A stretch of DNA of 63,852 bases, the filler included, from Aduncisulcus paluster (Eukaryota), in the NCBI GenBank assembly GCA_024181965.1. It is 11 parts of 11 records of this genome, joined end to end, with 100 filler letters (N's around TTAATTAATTAA, not from the genome) between each part and the next. Parts side by side here need not be neighbours in the genome. Positions count along the whole stretch, not along the records: positions 38,677 to 40,744 come from BQXS01010155.1; positions 40,845 to 48,118 come from BQXS01010156.1; positions 48,219 to 50,413 come from BQXS01010157.1; positions 50,514 to 52,505 come from BQXS01010158.1; 7 more parts are not named here. The stretch is one strand, 5' to 3'. The position numbers and the translations under genes are program-made. Below the pieces are notes generated by a model. It did no database searches. It was not told where the DNA came from and saw only the letters and a program-made list of their open reading frames with translations. Of the stretch, positions 38,764 through 50,767 are shown one piece after another (the first letter of the stretch is position 1; each line of letters opens with the position of its first letter).

Positions 38764-40744
38764 CTATTTGACCTCCTCTTTCATTTCTTCTTCAATATCT
38801 TCCATTCCTATCCTCCATGCTTCTTGATCGTATTCTTCAAACGAACAACATAATGATCCCTGTTCAAACATCACTTCAACACCGCCACCTGTGCGTTCAA
38901 TCAGATCATACACAGATTGTCTCAAGGATCTCTCATCATCAAGTGGCATCTTAACAAGCATGTGTTGGGGAGGAGAAGTGTATTGGATGAGAGAAGAGTG
39001 TGAGAGGATATCTTGGGAACTCGATCCATTACGTTTAAGAACATGTTGGATTTGCATTTCTTTTCCACTGATAATATCATGATAGCAAGAGATTTTGTTT
39101 TTGCGATGTGGAATAGTTTTATGCAGCTTCATAACAGAACATACATGGGAAGCGTATGAATATCCATCTTTCTCAGGACACAAAGATGTCTCAATTGATG
39201 GGAGAAATGAAACCATTGGAACAGAATGGAAAAGAGTTGAAGAGAGATATGAAGAAGATACGAAGGAGGAAATGTTGGAAAGGTATTGGTTATAGATTTG
39301 AGTTGAACAATACGATTCTCCTTTGCACCACTCCATCTTGGCATCATATTTGGGAGATAGTTGAGGGACAAGAGATGGAACAGTGGAAAGCATGGAAATG
39401 AGATTGAACCAGTATTTGATTCCCCATTCATGTTGTTTCATCTTCATAACTTCAAACCACTCATCAAGAAGATGCTTAATATTATCATAGATTTCGGGGA
39501 TATGTCCTGGATCACAACACAGGTTAGAGAAGAACAGTAAAACATATTCATGATCATTCTCAACAATCCTATCCCCAAGAAACTCTCTCTTAACAAGATC
39601 AAGAACAGGGTGGAAAAGAGGCCAAGCTTCAGAACAAAGAGAGGTGTTAGGTGAAGCATTGGGTTTACCATAAGTTGAGGGGGTGATATGTGATAGAATA
39701 TACATCCATTCTCCATAACACTCACTATCATTGTACATCCTCAACCAATCTTTGACATATGGTTTAATAAGGGTGAGAATAAAAGATCGAGTGGAAGTAG
39801 AGGGAGAAATAGAGATATTTTTGAGAGTTTTCAATAAATTTAGAACAATATTATCAGACAACTTCTTCTTGCTTCCTCTCTCAAGAATTCGATGGAAAGT
39901 GGAAAGGATCTTGGGAAGGAAAGAATCCCATTTATCTTCAATAGTACAGTATAGACTAACTTTGAAAGAATAAGAAACACAAATGCTACAATACTCTTCA
40001 TAAACAACTTCTTCCAATATTTCCTCAATTCTTGATAGATCAATGAAAGTGTCAATGAGATTGTTGAGATCGGGTATTGGGAGATGGATACTCCTTCCAG
40101 CAATATCATGTCCAACAAACCATCTTAAACACCCAACACAAAGAACAATCTCTCTCTTGTGCTCTTCTATCTCACTCTTTGATTGGGATGCAAGGAAGAC
40201 AGAAAGGATATCTTCTCGATATTTGTGGTAGAGAATTGAGGATGATTCTGAGTCAGGACATTTCTTAATAGCTTCAACTAATTCAGACCATTTCTTCAGA
40301 GAAGGATAACAATTACCAAGATATCTTGTATAATATCCACTCCATCCTCCATTCTTCTTGCACCACTCCATGTTGGCATCATATTTGGGAGATAGTTGAG
40401 GGACAAGAGATGGTACAGTGGATAGCATGGAAATGAGTTTGGACCAGTATTTGACTCCCTGACTATTAGCATGCTCTCCTTCACTTTTCTTCCTCTTCAC
40501 TATCTCAAACCAGCTATCAAGAAGACCATCTTTAATGTAATCATGAACTTCAATGGCTTGGGAAGGAATCCAACTCAAGTTACCAAAGAAACACAAACAA
40601 CGAATTACAGCATCATCATCAAATGTAATACCTTTGGAAGCAGTGTCCTTGATAATAGCCAAGACAGGGTGGAAGACGAACCAAAGTTGTGAAGAACGAT
40701 CTTTATCAGAGAAGGTATTATCCTTATCAAGAGTGATATTCTTC
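38764..40744 (-). CDS. Helical ARM/HEAT-like repeat protein, lineage-specific, 5'-truncated
   Basis: The internal module FHPVL..L.FF.NL..LLD.WFE..G(V/I)KYW..LISMLSTVPSLVPQLSPKYDA.MEWCK occurs twice. The frame is open to the scaffold end. Confidence 0.75.
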
Positions 40745-40844
40745 NNNNNNNNNNNNNNNNNNNNNNNNNNNNNNNNNNNNNNNNNNNNTTAATTAATTAA
40801 NNNNNNNNNNNNNNNNNNNNNNNNNNNNNNNNNNNNNNNNNNNN

Positions 40845-41431
40845 CACCATCCCATCATTTTGCTCTATCGATTGCATGCACAAGGGGTCAAATAGCTCTC
40901 ACAAAACATAACCCTGAGAAGACACAAGGCTCTGAAGGTCCGCACACGTTCATTACATGCTCGTGCGGGCATTTGCACTGCTGTGGGACAGCCCACAAAG
41001 GAATGCTTGGGAATTGTTGTGAGCGGTTCTTCTGGGATGTCGGTCATGACGAATTGACCCCCTTTGAGATTGGGGTCCATGAATGGCGAGATTTGCTTTT
41101 CAAGATGAAGAAGTCGAAAGGATCGTTATCCGCAGACGATGAGAAGAAACGAGTTGCTCTCAATCCATCCACCCTCTCTGACGTGCATGTCGAAGAGGCA
41201 TGCAGTGCTCACATCCATTCATGCTGCCGTGGAAGGGATGGGAAGCTATACACATGGGGTTGTGGGAGTGGAGGTCGAATTGGGTTAGAGCAGTATGTCA
41301 CGGGCAGGAGTGGGAAGAAGAGCAGGATGAAGTGTTATGTGCACAAACCAACCCCCGTCACTGGGATATGTGGAGTGACAAAGATAGCTTGTTTCAAATA
41401 TGGGACATTGTGTATTGCTGATAAGAAATGA
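40845..41431 (+). CDS. RCC1/BLIP-II repeat protein, C-terminal fragment
   Basis: ACSAHIHSCCRGRDGKLYTWGCGSGGRIG..PTPVTG..VTKIACFKYGT and HTFITCSCGHLHCCGTAHKGMLG. Confidence 0.75.
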
Positions 41432-41670
41432 TTGGCAGAATGTTTGTTCCAAGGTTAAAATAGCATTTATGCGAGAAAGTGACAGCGAATGCTTGCTTTT
41501 GTTCATCATAATTTACAGCATTCATCCTTTCCTTCATCTCTTTTCTTATTATTCTCCGTTTAATTTTTTATCCTCTTCATCATGTTCATCGCACCTCGTT
41601 CTCCTGAAAATTTAGTGTATATTTCTTGAAAATTTAGTGTATTATAATAGATCTACTGTATTATAGATTA

Positions 41671-42097
41671 TTCAAAAGGCCTTTTCGATTCTACTACTCT
41701 ACCTAAGCTCTCAGCAACCAAATGGCAATTTCTGTTGAAAACGATGGATGAAACTCCAAAGGTAAGTTATATTTGGCGCAACCTAGTATAGAGATCCTAT
41801 GGAGGTTGAAGGAGAACTTATACCGTCACAACAGCGTTTCTAGTAATTTCGAATTCTGGTTATAGAGTATTATTGTTCCTCCAACTCCCGATAGATCTCT
41901 CCCCAACCTGACGTTTCGGAATATATGAACCGGTAAAAAACGCATTTCTTCAGGAGGGAGGTTCTATTGGGAGGCTCTTCTAAGCGCCCTGTTCTTGACC
42001 TTGACCAATGAGCATTTATTTTTCACCCCCTGTGTTATTGCCTTTCGAGGCGGTAATATATGGTGGAGCCACTTTGTTGCTCAAAAGGCCTTTGGAA
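41671..42097 (+). ncRNA. Candidate large structured non-coding RNA, family unassigned
   Basis: Nested helices with many G-U pairs on the + strand only, a UUCG-capped 13-bp stem at 42031-42060, and a position between two convergent genes. Confidence 0.55.
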
Positions 42098-42333
42098 CAA
42101 AAGTTTTCTGCAGCAGAAAACAAGAATAAAGTTTATTCTTTAAAATTTAAAACAATACAACCAGACTTCATCTATATAAAAGAGAACAATCTAAAAAAAA
42201 ATAATTTATAAGTTTTGAACTTCTCATAAAGTATGGAATCAGGATCAACATAATGATTTTCGAGATTTCAACTAAATCGCAATATCAAGATCGAATATCG
42301 AACTAAAAAAAAGGATAAATAAAATGAGAAAGA

Positions 42334-43419
42334 TTATTTTTTATCCTTTTCCCTATCCTTCTTGTCTTTAACCTTTCCACTGAATTCCTTGTAAATGTAT
42401 TCTCTGTATGTACTAACGGAGAACTTCACATCATCATCGATAAAGATTTGAACTGGCTTAGGCATCACAGGCTCGTCGGATGAGTGGAATTTGGCAATGT
42501 AAGGGTGCTTCAAGGCATCATCAGCAGAAATACGCTTATCGGGATCAAAAACCAATAACTTGGCTAAGAGGTCAAGCCCGTCGGGAGGAGCTCCAGGAAG
42601 CACGTGTTCCAACTTCCTACGTTTCACACTTGGAAGACCTTCAAGCATGGAGGCAAGGAAAGGAGAACCGACACCCTCAATATCGGCAGGGCTCGGGAAT
42701 CCAGTTACCTCGATGATTCTTTCCAATTGCTTCAAAGTGGAAGATGAAGAAGAGGTAAACATGGGTTTTCCCTTGAGGAGTTCTCCCAAGATACATCCGA
42801 CGGCCCACATGTCAACACCATAGGTATATTTTGTGCTTCCGACAAGAATTTCGGGAGCACGATACCATCTGGTGGCAACATAATCGGTTAAAACTGGGTT
42901 GGCATCGGATTCCTTGTCAAAACCTTCCAAACAACGGGCGAGACCAAAATCACCAAGTTTGACGTGGCAATCAGCGTTTAAGAAAAGATTCGAAGGTTTA
43001 AGATCTCTATGAATGAGTTTACCAGAGTGGAGATACTTTAAGGACCGAAGTAACTGGTAAACAACGTAACGAATATGAACATCTTGAAGAATATTAGCAC
43101 GGATGGCAGCATGAAGATCAGTGTCTAAATATTCAAAAACAAGATACAAATCCTTGTCATTTTGGGCAGGAATAACTTCAAAAAGTTTAACGACATTTTC
43201 ATGGTGGATTTGGCGGAGGAACATCACTTCTCTGAATGTTCTCTGAGCATCAGTCGCATTTCTGAATGCGTCGAAAATCTTCTTTAAAGCAACGGTTTGT
43301 TTCGTGGCTCTATCAACGGCCTTATATACCACACCATAAGCTCCTTTTCCAATACGGCGAACGAGCTTAAACTTTTTTAATATGTGGGGTTCGACGTCAG
43401 ATTGACTACTTGAAGACAT
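42334..43419 (-). CDS. MAPK15: Atypical MAP kinase ERK7/MAPK15 family
   Basis: GKGAYG, VALKKIFDAFRNATDAQRTFRE, HRDLKPSN, TDY activation loop (LTDYVATRWYRAPE). Confidence 0.92.
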   Translation of the reverse strand: MSSSSQSDVEPHILKKFKLVRRIGKGAYGVVYKAVDRATKQTVALKKIFDAFRNATDAQRTFREVMFLRQIHHENVVKLFEVIPAQNDKDLYLVFEYLDTDLHAAIRANILQDVHIRYVVYQLLRSLKYLHSGKLIHRDLKPSNLFLNADCHVKLGDFGLARCLEGFDKESDANPVLTDYVATRWYRAPEILVGSTKYTYGVDMWAVGCILGELLKGKPMFTSSSSSTLKQLERIIEVTGFPSPADIEGVGSPFLASMLEGLPSVKRRKLEHVLPGAPPDGLDLLAKLLVFDPDKRISADDALKHPYIAKFHSSDEPVMPKPVQIFIDDDVKFSVSTYREYIYKEFSGKVKDKKDREKDKK

Positions 43420-43717
43420 TTTTACACTGTTATTATGGTTGAATTCAAATGATAACTGTTCAAAAGTTTTTTGAACGTAACAAAAAACCGATTTTCAAAT
43501 CTCTAAACAAAGAAACTATTCCGAATCGGTTCTTTAGAGATGAAATATTAACAGAAATTTTTAATAATATTTTTTTATTTTTTTCCTGCAAATATCCTTC
43601 GATTCACCGAGAAATCAAGCTTTGGTCAGCCGGAATGTAAATGAATCACAAACTCTAGGTTGTAGCCATCTAACAAAGAGTTCAATTGTTTTACTTTATC
43701 TGAAAGATTGATGCTAT

Positions 43718-44359
43718 ATGAAAATTGAGGAAAAAGATGTGTTTTATATGAAGTATGCATTTGAAGAGGCGAAGATTGCTCTTCAGGATAAAGAAGTACC
43801 TGTTGGGGCTGTTTTTGTGAATCCTGAAGGGTTTATCGTGAGCAAAGGGCACAATTTAACTAATATTTCCGGTGATCCATCAAGACATGCAGAATTAATC
43901 GCTGCTGAAATACTCTCTGTGCAATTTGATGATTCTGTCGAAATCAATGTTGAAAAGGAAATGAAGCAGCTAGATTCTCTTGAAAAAAAAGAATATTGTG
44001 ATTTTTCCCCTCCAGCTTGCATAGATCAAACGCATAAACGCTTTTTTTACTCTTCTCTTGCTTCTCTTGTATTGTATGTTACGGTGGAGCCATGTATTAT
44101 GTGTGCCTCTGCTCTTGGTATGTTAGGTTTGAAAAGAGTGGTTTTTGGTTGCGGAAATGAAAAATTTGGTGGATGTGGAAGTGTGTGTTCTTTACATGAT
44201 TGCGACTTCATGCCAAAAATTTCGTGTAGGAGAGGGATAATGGAAAAGGCTGCAATTGATATTTTACAAAAGTTTTTCTTGTTTGGAAATGAAAATGCTC
44301 CAGAACCCAAAAGAAAAGTCTTATCTCATGTAAAAAGAGAGTACGATTCAGATTTGTGA
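43718..44359 (+). CDS. ADAT2: tRNA-specific adenosine-34 deaminase catalytic subunit ADAT2/Tad2
   Basis: EVPVGAVFV, HAE, YVTVEPCIMCASAL, FGCGNEKFGGCGSV, GNENAPEPK. Confidence 0.92.
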   Translation: MKIEEKDVFYMKYAFEEAKIALQDKEVPVGAVFVNPEGFIVSKGHNLTNISGDPSRHAELIAAEILSVQFDDSVEINVEKEMKQLDSLEKKEYCDFSPPACIDQTHKRFFYSSLASLVLYVTVEPCIMCASALGMLGLKRVVFGCGNEKFGGCGSVCSLHDCDFMPKISCRRGIMEKAAIDILQKFFLFGNENAPEPKRKVLSHVKREYDSDL

Positions 44360-44604
44360 ATGAAATAAAATTTATTTTGCATGTTGATTCTATTTGTGAA
44401 TAATATCCCCTCTTTTTATTAAGTATTCCTCCAATTGAGTAAAATCCGTTATAGAAATTGGTTTTGGATTATAGACAAAATTTCAGAGGTTTTTATTTTG
44501 AGATATTGTGATATTCTTTCTGAATATTAAATTATTTTGTTTTTATAATATTGTTTTTACTAATTTTACACAAATCGTTGATTATCAGCAGAAATTGATT
44601 CTTA

Positions 44605-47600
44605 ATGAAATCTCTTGAACATGTAATTGAGTCTTTAGGGTATGAAAACCACAGTATTATTTCTAGTGCCCAAGTTATTACATCTGTTTCCCAAGCTGTG
44701 AAAGAATTGATTGATAATGCTATTGATGCCAAGGCGACTAAAATTGATGTTATTTTGACGAATTATGGTCTTGATCGAATCCTTGTGTCGGATAATGGAA
44801 GAGGTATTCGTTCTTCTGATATTCCGAAAGTTGCTATTGCCCATGCTACTTCTAAGGCACCCCTTGGTTCCTCTTCAAAGGTATTTGGTGCATCTGCTGA
44901 TGGATCTCTAATTAAGACCCTTGGATTTCGTGGGGAAGCATTGTTTTCCCTCAGATCTATTTGTGATGAGATGTTGATTTCTTCGCGTCACATCGATGAA
45001 CCGATTGGCTATTCTTCAATTTTGCTCCCTCCGTCATCACAAACATTGGATAGGAAGAGAGAAAGTGTCCAAACAGTAAGACCAGTTGCTAGAGAACAAG
45101 GGACTAAAATTGAAGCGAAAGGGATATTTTCTTGTTTACCTGTGAGAAGAAAATATGCACTTAGACAGAAAAGAAATGAGTTAAGCGATGTTGTCCATCT
45201 TGTTNNNNNNNNNNNNNNNNNNNNGATCTCTAATTAAGACCCTTGGATTTCGTGGGGAAGCATTGTTTTCCCTCAGATCTATTTGTGATGAGATGTTGAT
45301 TTCTTCGCGTCACATCGATGAACCGATTGGCTATTCTTCAATTTTGCTCCCTCCGTCATCACAAACATTGGATAGGAAGAGAGAAAGTGTCCAAACAGTA
45401 AGACCAGTTGCTAGAGAACAAGGGACTAAAATTGAAGCGAAAGGGATATTTTCTTGTTTACCTGTGAGAAGAAAATATGCACTTAGACAGAAAAGAAATG
45501 AGTTAAGCGATGTTGTCCATCTTGTTCAGGCCTTTGCTGTTGGAAATGTACACATAAAACTCAAGGCGGTTCATATCATTGATTCACAATTATCTTCATC
45601 TCTGGGATCTCCAAAGGGTAAATCGAGGCAAAATCGTGTTCGTAAAGTTGTTTTATTTGAAGATTCTATTGTTAGACCTTCAATTGTGCCAAATCCTCAC
45701 CTGACAAATTCATTGTCCATCGATCTCACTAAAAAACTCATGGCTTCGATGATTCCTTCATCGGTTGCGAAGAATTTGATTGATTTTTCCATTGATACCA
45801 ATGATCCTGATATTTCTAGATATGTTTCTGAAAAGCTTAAGAGATCGTCCAGACAACAAGATTTAAGTGATCAATTGTCCGGAAAACGGCGTTCTTCTCA
45901 CTCTCTTGATAAACCACATAAAGATGAAGAGAAATGTGATGATCAGAATTCTCTTTCTCAGCTGATTGCTGGATATAGAATGGATATGGAAGAACCTGAT
46001 GATAGTGATGAAACGGTTGTTAAAATGCCCAAAATATCTGTGTGGGGGGTATTTTCTGTCCCTTCAGGCTCCTCATCTTCTTCATGTGGTTCTCATTCTT
46101 CTGCTTCTGTTTCTCAACATAACTATTTATATCTCAATGGTCGATCGATATATTCTCCATCCCTTGTTCGTGTTCTTCAAGATACTATCAGTCGACGAAT
46201 GAGTGGAGCCCTTCGTATTGGTCCAAGTGCATCCTCTTTGGCTTCTTCTTGCCTTGAACACTCTGGATCTTCTCAATCTCCCAAGTATTCGGGTTCATCC
46301 TCTAACTCCTATATGTCTCCTTTGGTCATCCATATTCTTCCTCCTCCTTCGTTTGCTGATATCAATGTCAGTGTCGGGAAGAATGAAGTAGCTTGGCTCG
46401 ACGAGGACTTAATTGAGACGGTTTGTCAGGTTGGAATATCGAAGCGAATGGACGTTTCAGCTTCTGTCCATCGAAAAGAATCCACCGTGATGCCAAAGGC
46501 AAAGGGATCAGTTATGGAGGGGAAAGAGGAAGAGAAGAAAGAGGAAATTCTCGGAGAGGGGAATGTGGAGTTGTGTGGAGTTTGTGATGTCTCATTGGAC
46601 CAGTTTAAAGGATTTGAAGTACTCAATCATGTTGTTTCTCAAAAATCTATTTATAGAAGAGATGATATGGAAGAAGGAAAGAAGGAAGAAAAGCTTGAGA
46701 AAATGTCGAAGCATATTGGAAAAGAAAAGGAAACCATTCTACCGAAGTTTATATCATCACGAAAGATCCTTGACGAATGTCCAAATTCTGATGTGGATAA
46801 AAATAGAACATTTCAAACTGATTCTGAGAAATATTTGGATCAACATTCAGAAATTCCAGAGTCAAGATCTTTTCAATGCAAATCACCAAGGCTAACATCT
46901 GTGTCAGAGGTATTGATTCATTGGGCCGAAGAAAAACAACATTCTCCTGGGTTATTTGAATATAATAGGGGGATTAGTGGGGTCTGTTGGAATGGCGAAG
47001 AAGAGGAAGAGGAAGAGGAAGAGGGAGAGTTGAGCATAGGTCATAACCAAGAAGATAACTATGAAGAAGAAGAAATTCAATACCTAGAGGAAAAGAAAAA
47101 GGAAAGAATTGAAGAAAAGAGGCAAAATGAACAAGATGAAGCACAATATACCCCAAAACTTGAAGAAGAGGAAGAAGAGGAAGAAGAAGAGGAGAAAGGG
47201 GAATCATATTTGGCAAAACATGAAGAAAAGGTCGGATCAAATGAATTTCCAAAATGTATCAACTCCCAATCCACTGAGTCCTCCTCTCTTCTTTCACAGA
47301 TAATTCCCTCAGTTGATCTCGTATCAAGTATTGATTCCTTTCAATCTCAAGGAAGTATTTCCTCTCAAAAGAAGGATTCTGTTCATGGGGAAGAATCTTA
47401 TATTGCTCCAAAGGGACCTTCAATGAATATGTCCCTCTCACTCTCTCGGCCTGAGGATTTTATGGTGCATCAAACCTCCATGTCTTTTCAACCCTCAAAT
47501 TCCTTTTCCCCCCTCTCGTTCTCTTCGCCCCATTTTTCTCAGTTGCACATCCATGCTCAGTTTAACTGTTCGTTTATCGTCTGTTCCGTGCATGATTGCC

Positions 47601-48118
47601 TTTACTTCGTGGATCAACATGCTGCTGATGAAGCCTTCAACTTTGAGGATCTTTGTGCCCGAATAACCCATCCCAGGAAGATGCATATTCAGACGTTGGT
47701 TGTTCCTATCTGTGTCCCAATGAGCATGAGCGATGAAGTCGTTGCCTTGGAGTGGCTTGGAACGTTGGAACCTGACAAATGCAGCGATGGGAAGAAAGAG
47801 TCCCTGTTGCCTCCACAACCTCACGAAGTGCAGAATCCATTCTCTCTCCTTGGATTTGACGTGAAGTATGATGAGACAAGACCGCCTGGGAAGAGAGTGA
47901 TGCTGCATGCTGTGCCCGTTGTGTGTGGCCATATCTGCGGTATTCAGGACGTTCGTGAGATCGTCAGTGCCATTTCCCAGTCGTCTGCAGTCGTTGGTGA
48001 GACTCCTCTTTCCTCTTTGTTTTCATTTCCTATCTATGAAAAGGGAGTCGAGGATACTTCTCTCCAACGATCAGTGGGTGACAAAGGTGACAAAGGTGAC
48101 GATGGGAGGAAACAGCAC
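44605..48118 (+). CDS. PMS2: MutL homolog PMS2 (yeast Pms1) type, 3'-truncated; duplicated overlap at gap 45205-45224
   Basis: GHKL motifs AVKELIDNAIDA, DNGRGI, TSK, TLGFRGEAL, LPVRR. C-terminal QFN..FIV and endonuclease motif DQHAADEAFNFE (DQHA-X2-E-X4-E). Confidence 0.88.
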
Positions 48119-48819
48119 NNNNNNNNNNNNNNNNNNNNNNNNNNNNNNNNNNNNNNNNNNNNTTAATTAATTAANNNNNNNNNNNNNNNNNNNNNNNNNN
48201 NNNNNNNNNNNNNNNNNNTAGTCATTTTCATCTTAATACACACTATATTTTTTATCACACTTCTATATTACCTTAGATAATTTTTTTCGACCTTGATGAT
48301 GTTCCTTGTGATGCATTTATTAACCAACTTTTTTTCATTTCATCATTTAAGACCAGTTTTATAAGTATTTTATTAAGCTCCATTTTCATATTATTTTATT
48401 AAGAGCTGATAATCATTATTATTATTCCGTCTCACCCTTAAGAACAAATAAAATAATATTATGATGAATATAATTTTTTTTGGATTTTTACTATGTTTTA
48501 TTGTGTTTAATAAATATCATTTTTTGATTTGATGATGTTGTATATATGTCTTTGTATGAGACAGTTTGATTTTTTTAATTTAAGATATTTTTATTTTTTC
48601 TTGGTTTTCATTGTTATTATAACGTTTTTTTTGTTCTGATACTTGTTGATGATATTATTTGATGATGATTCATTTTTCCAGTGAGCTGAGAGGCATCAAG
48701 GTTCTTAATTTAAGCTAAATTATTTTTAATGGTCTTTTTTAATCTTTTTTTATTGGTATTTTATCTTAATTTATTCATTTTTTTCCAATATTGGATAATG
48801 GTTGAGTTCACAGTGTCAT

Positions 48820-49640
48820 TTAGTTGGAGATAATCAACGACAGATCAGAAAAGCCTTCAATGTCATTCCCATCAGCATCCTTAGGAGCACCATCCATGTT
48901 ATGGGCAATGGAAAGGGACTCAAGACCATGCAGAGAGCCAAATGGATCAGCACTCAGGCAACGAAATGGATGTAAGAGAGCGGATATGTTCAATTCCATC
49001 AGCAGGGAGAATCTATCAGAGTTGGACATGGAAATACCATCGTTCGACAGAGTGGAAGTGGATATGGTTCTCAATGAAGCAACACTGAAAAGGGAAGGCG
49101 TGGAATCTGTTCTGTGGGTGTAATCAGGATCTCCATCAGAATCCACAAACATACCAGCAACACAGGCATGTAAGTTCTCATCAACAACCACAGGATAGCA
49201 TGAAGAGGCGGATTGAGTTAATTCATCATCATATCGACATTCATATCCATACTCACCCCCTCCAGAACATCCATATGTTTCACCATCTGCGTTGAGTGGA
49301 GCTAAACACTCGAAGGTATCGATAGATGTGTACGATACAATGCTATGGTTGGAACATATAACATGCCATGAACCAGACCCAGGAAGAGTTTCACTGTTGA
49401 GCTTATTATCAGTGATATGAGTTTCACTGTATCCAATGTTATCAGGTGAGGAACATTCACATGTTTGGTCTGTTGAAAGGTCTGAGATGGAACAGTTGGT
49501 ACAGATAAATGATTCAAGGTATAACAATGAAGATAATGAATAAATATCAGAAATGTCACAACTATCGCATCTAATATATTCAAGTTAGTCAACCCTTGCT
49601 CAATCAAGGGATATACGGAAGAGATCCAACTGTTGTTCGA
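48820..49640 (-). pseudogene. Degenerate fragment of the LRR + EGF surface-protein family
   Basis: LESFICTNCSISDLS, DQTCECS, SCYPVVVDENLHACV and LFSVASLRT match family blocks, but with deletions, frameshifts and no proper start. Confidence 0.65.
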
Positions 49641-50767
49641 GAGCCTCTCGATCTGAGATCGATAGATGAGTGTAAAACTAAATAAAAAATATATTAGACA
49701 TATTATACCATATAAAATAAACTAAAAAATTAAACAAACCTTATTGTACGTTACGAAAAAACTATGCTGCCCAGATGAAATATGTGATACTAAACATATT
49801 TCCCCTTTACCAAGACATTTTCTTAATAAAAAGAAATTAATATCTTAAATTTTTATTTTGTTTCTTTATAACACTTTTTGTTCGCTTAGTACAAATAATT
49901 ATCGTTTCTCATCCTATGATGGACCAATATGTGTTATTAATAAATAAATTTATTTTTTGAAATCTACTCCCGGAGTAGACCTCGAAAACGGTATCCATTT
50001 CCCTTAAATCGCAGGTCGGTGTTTTCAGTTCGCACAAGGGGGAACGGATCTATGCCAGCCGATGGTTTCTCATTGATTTAAGCATAATAAACTTTATTAA
50101 CGCGAAATCTGAAAACCTATTGCATAATCCGGGAGATACAGTGATTATCTTTTAAATGGATAATATGAAATTTTTTGAGCTTATATTCTGCAGTAAAATC
50201 CTTTTTTAATGTTTATTCTTTTTTTAAAATTTTAATATCTTCATGTTAATCATATGATCTTGGAAAATAATGATCATCACAAAATGGTCAGGATTGGGTC
50301 AGAATAAAACAGCATAAAACCGGAAAAGACCGATATATATCCCATTAAAATCCATGGGAGATGCTGATACTTAAATTAAGAAATATTTTTTTTTTATTTT
50401 ACCCGATATATAANNNNNNNNNNNNNNNNNNNNNNNNNNNNNNNNNNNNNNNNNNNNTTAATTAATTAANNNNNNNNNNNNNNNNNNNNNNNNNNNNNNN
50501 NNNNNNNNNNNNNAATGAAAATAAAACATGTTTTTATCATTTACCAGCATTTAACTCGTTTATATGTGTTTTATAAATTTTCCAATCTTATCTATTGAAG
50601 GGTTGCTTGTTCAGTCCTCCATTTTTTCTCGTCGTACAAGCAAATTGTATGTTTACTATATGTCATATCTTTTATTAAATGTATATTAAGAAATATTTTA
50701 ACCGGATTCATTCATTATTCTGCTTGTTTTTATTATTTTTTAGATAAGAAATTCTATCTCTATTCAA

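Noticed and set aside
41750-41772. U1 snRNA on the minus strand (ACTTACCT), or U2/U5 from GGCCTTTT motifs
   Set aside because: No U1-70K or U1A loops, no GTAGTA branch-pairing region in a U2 context, no GCCTTTTAC loop I. The G-U pattern favours the + strand.
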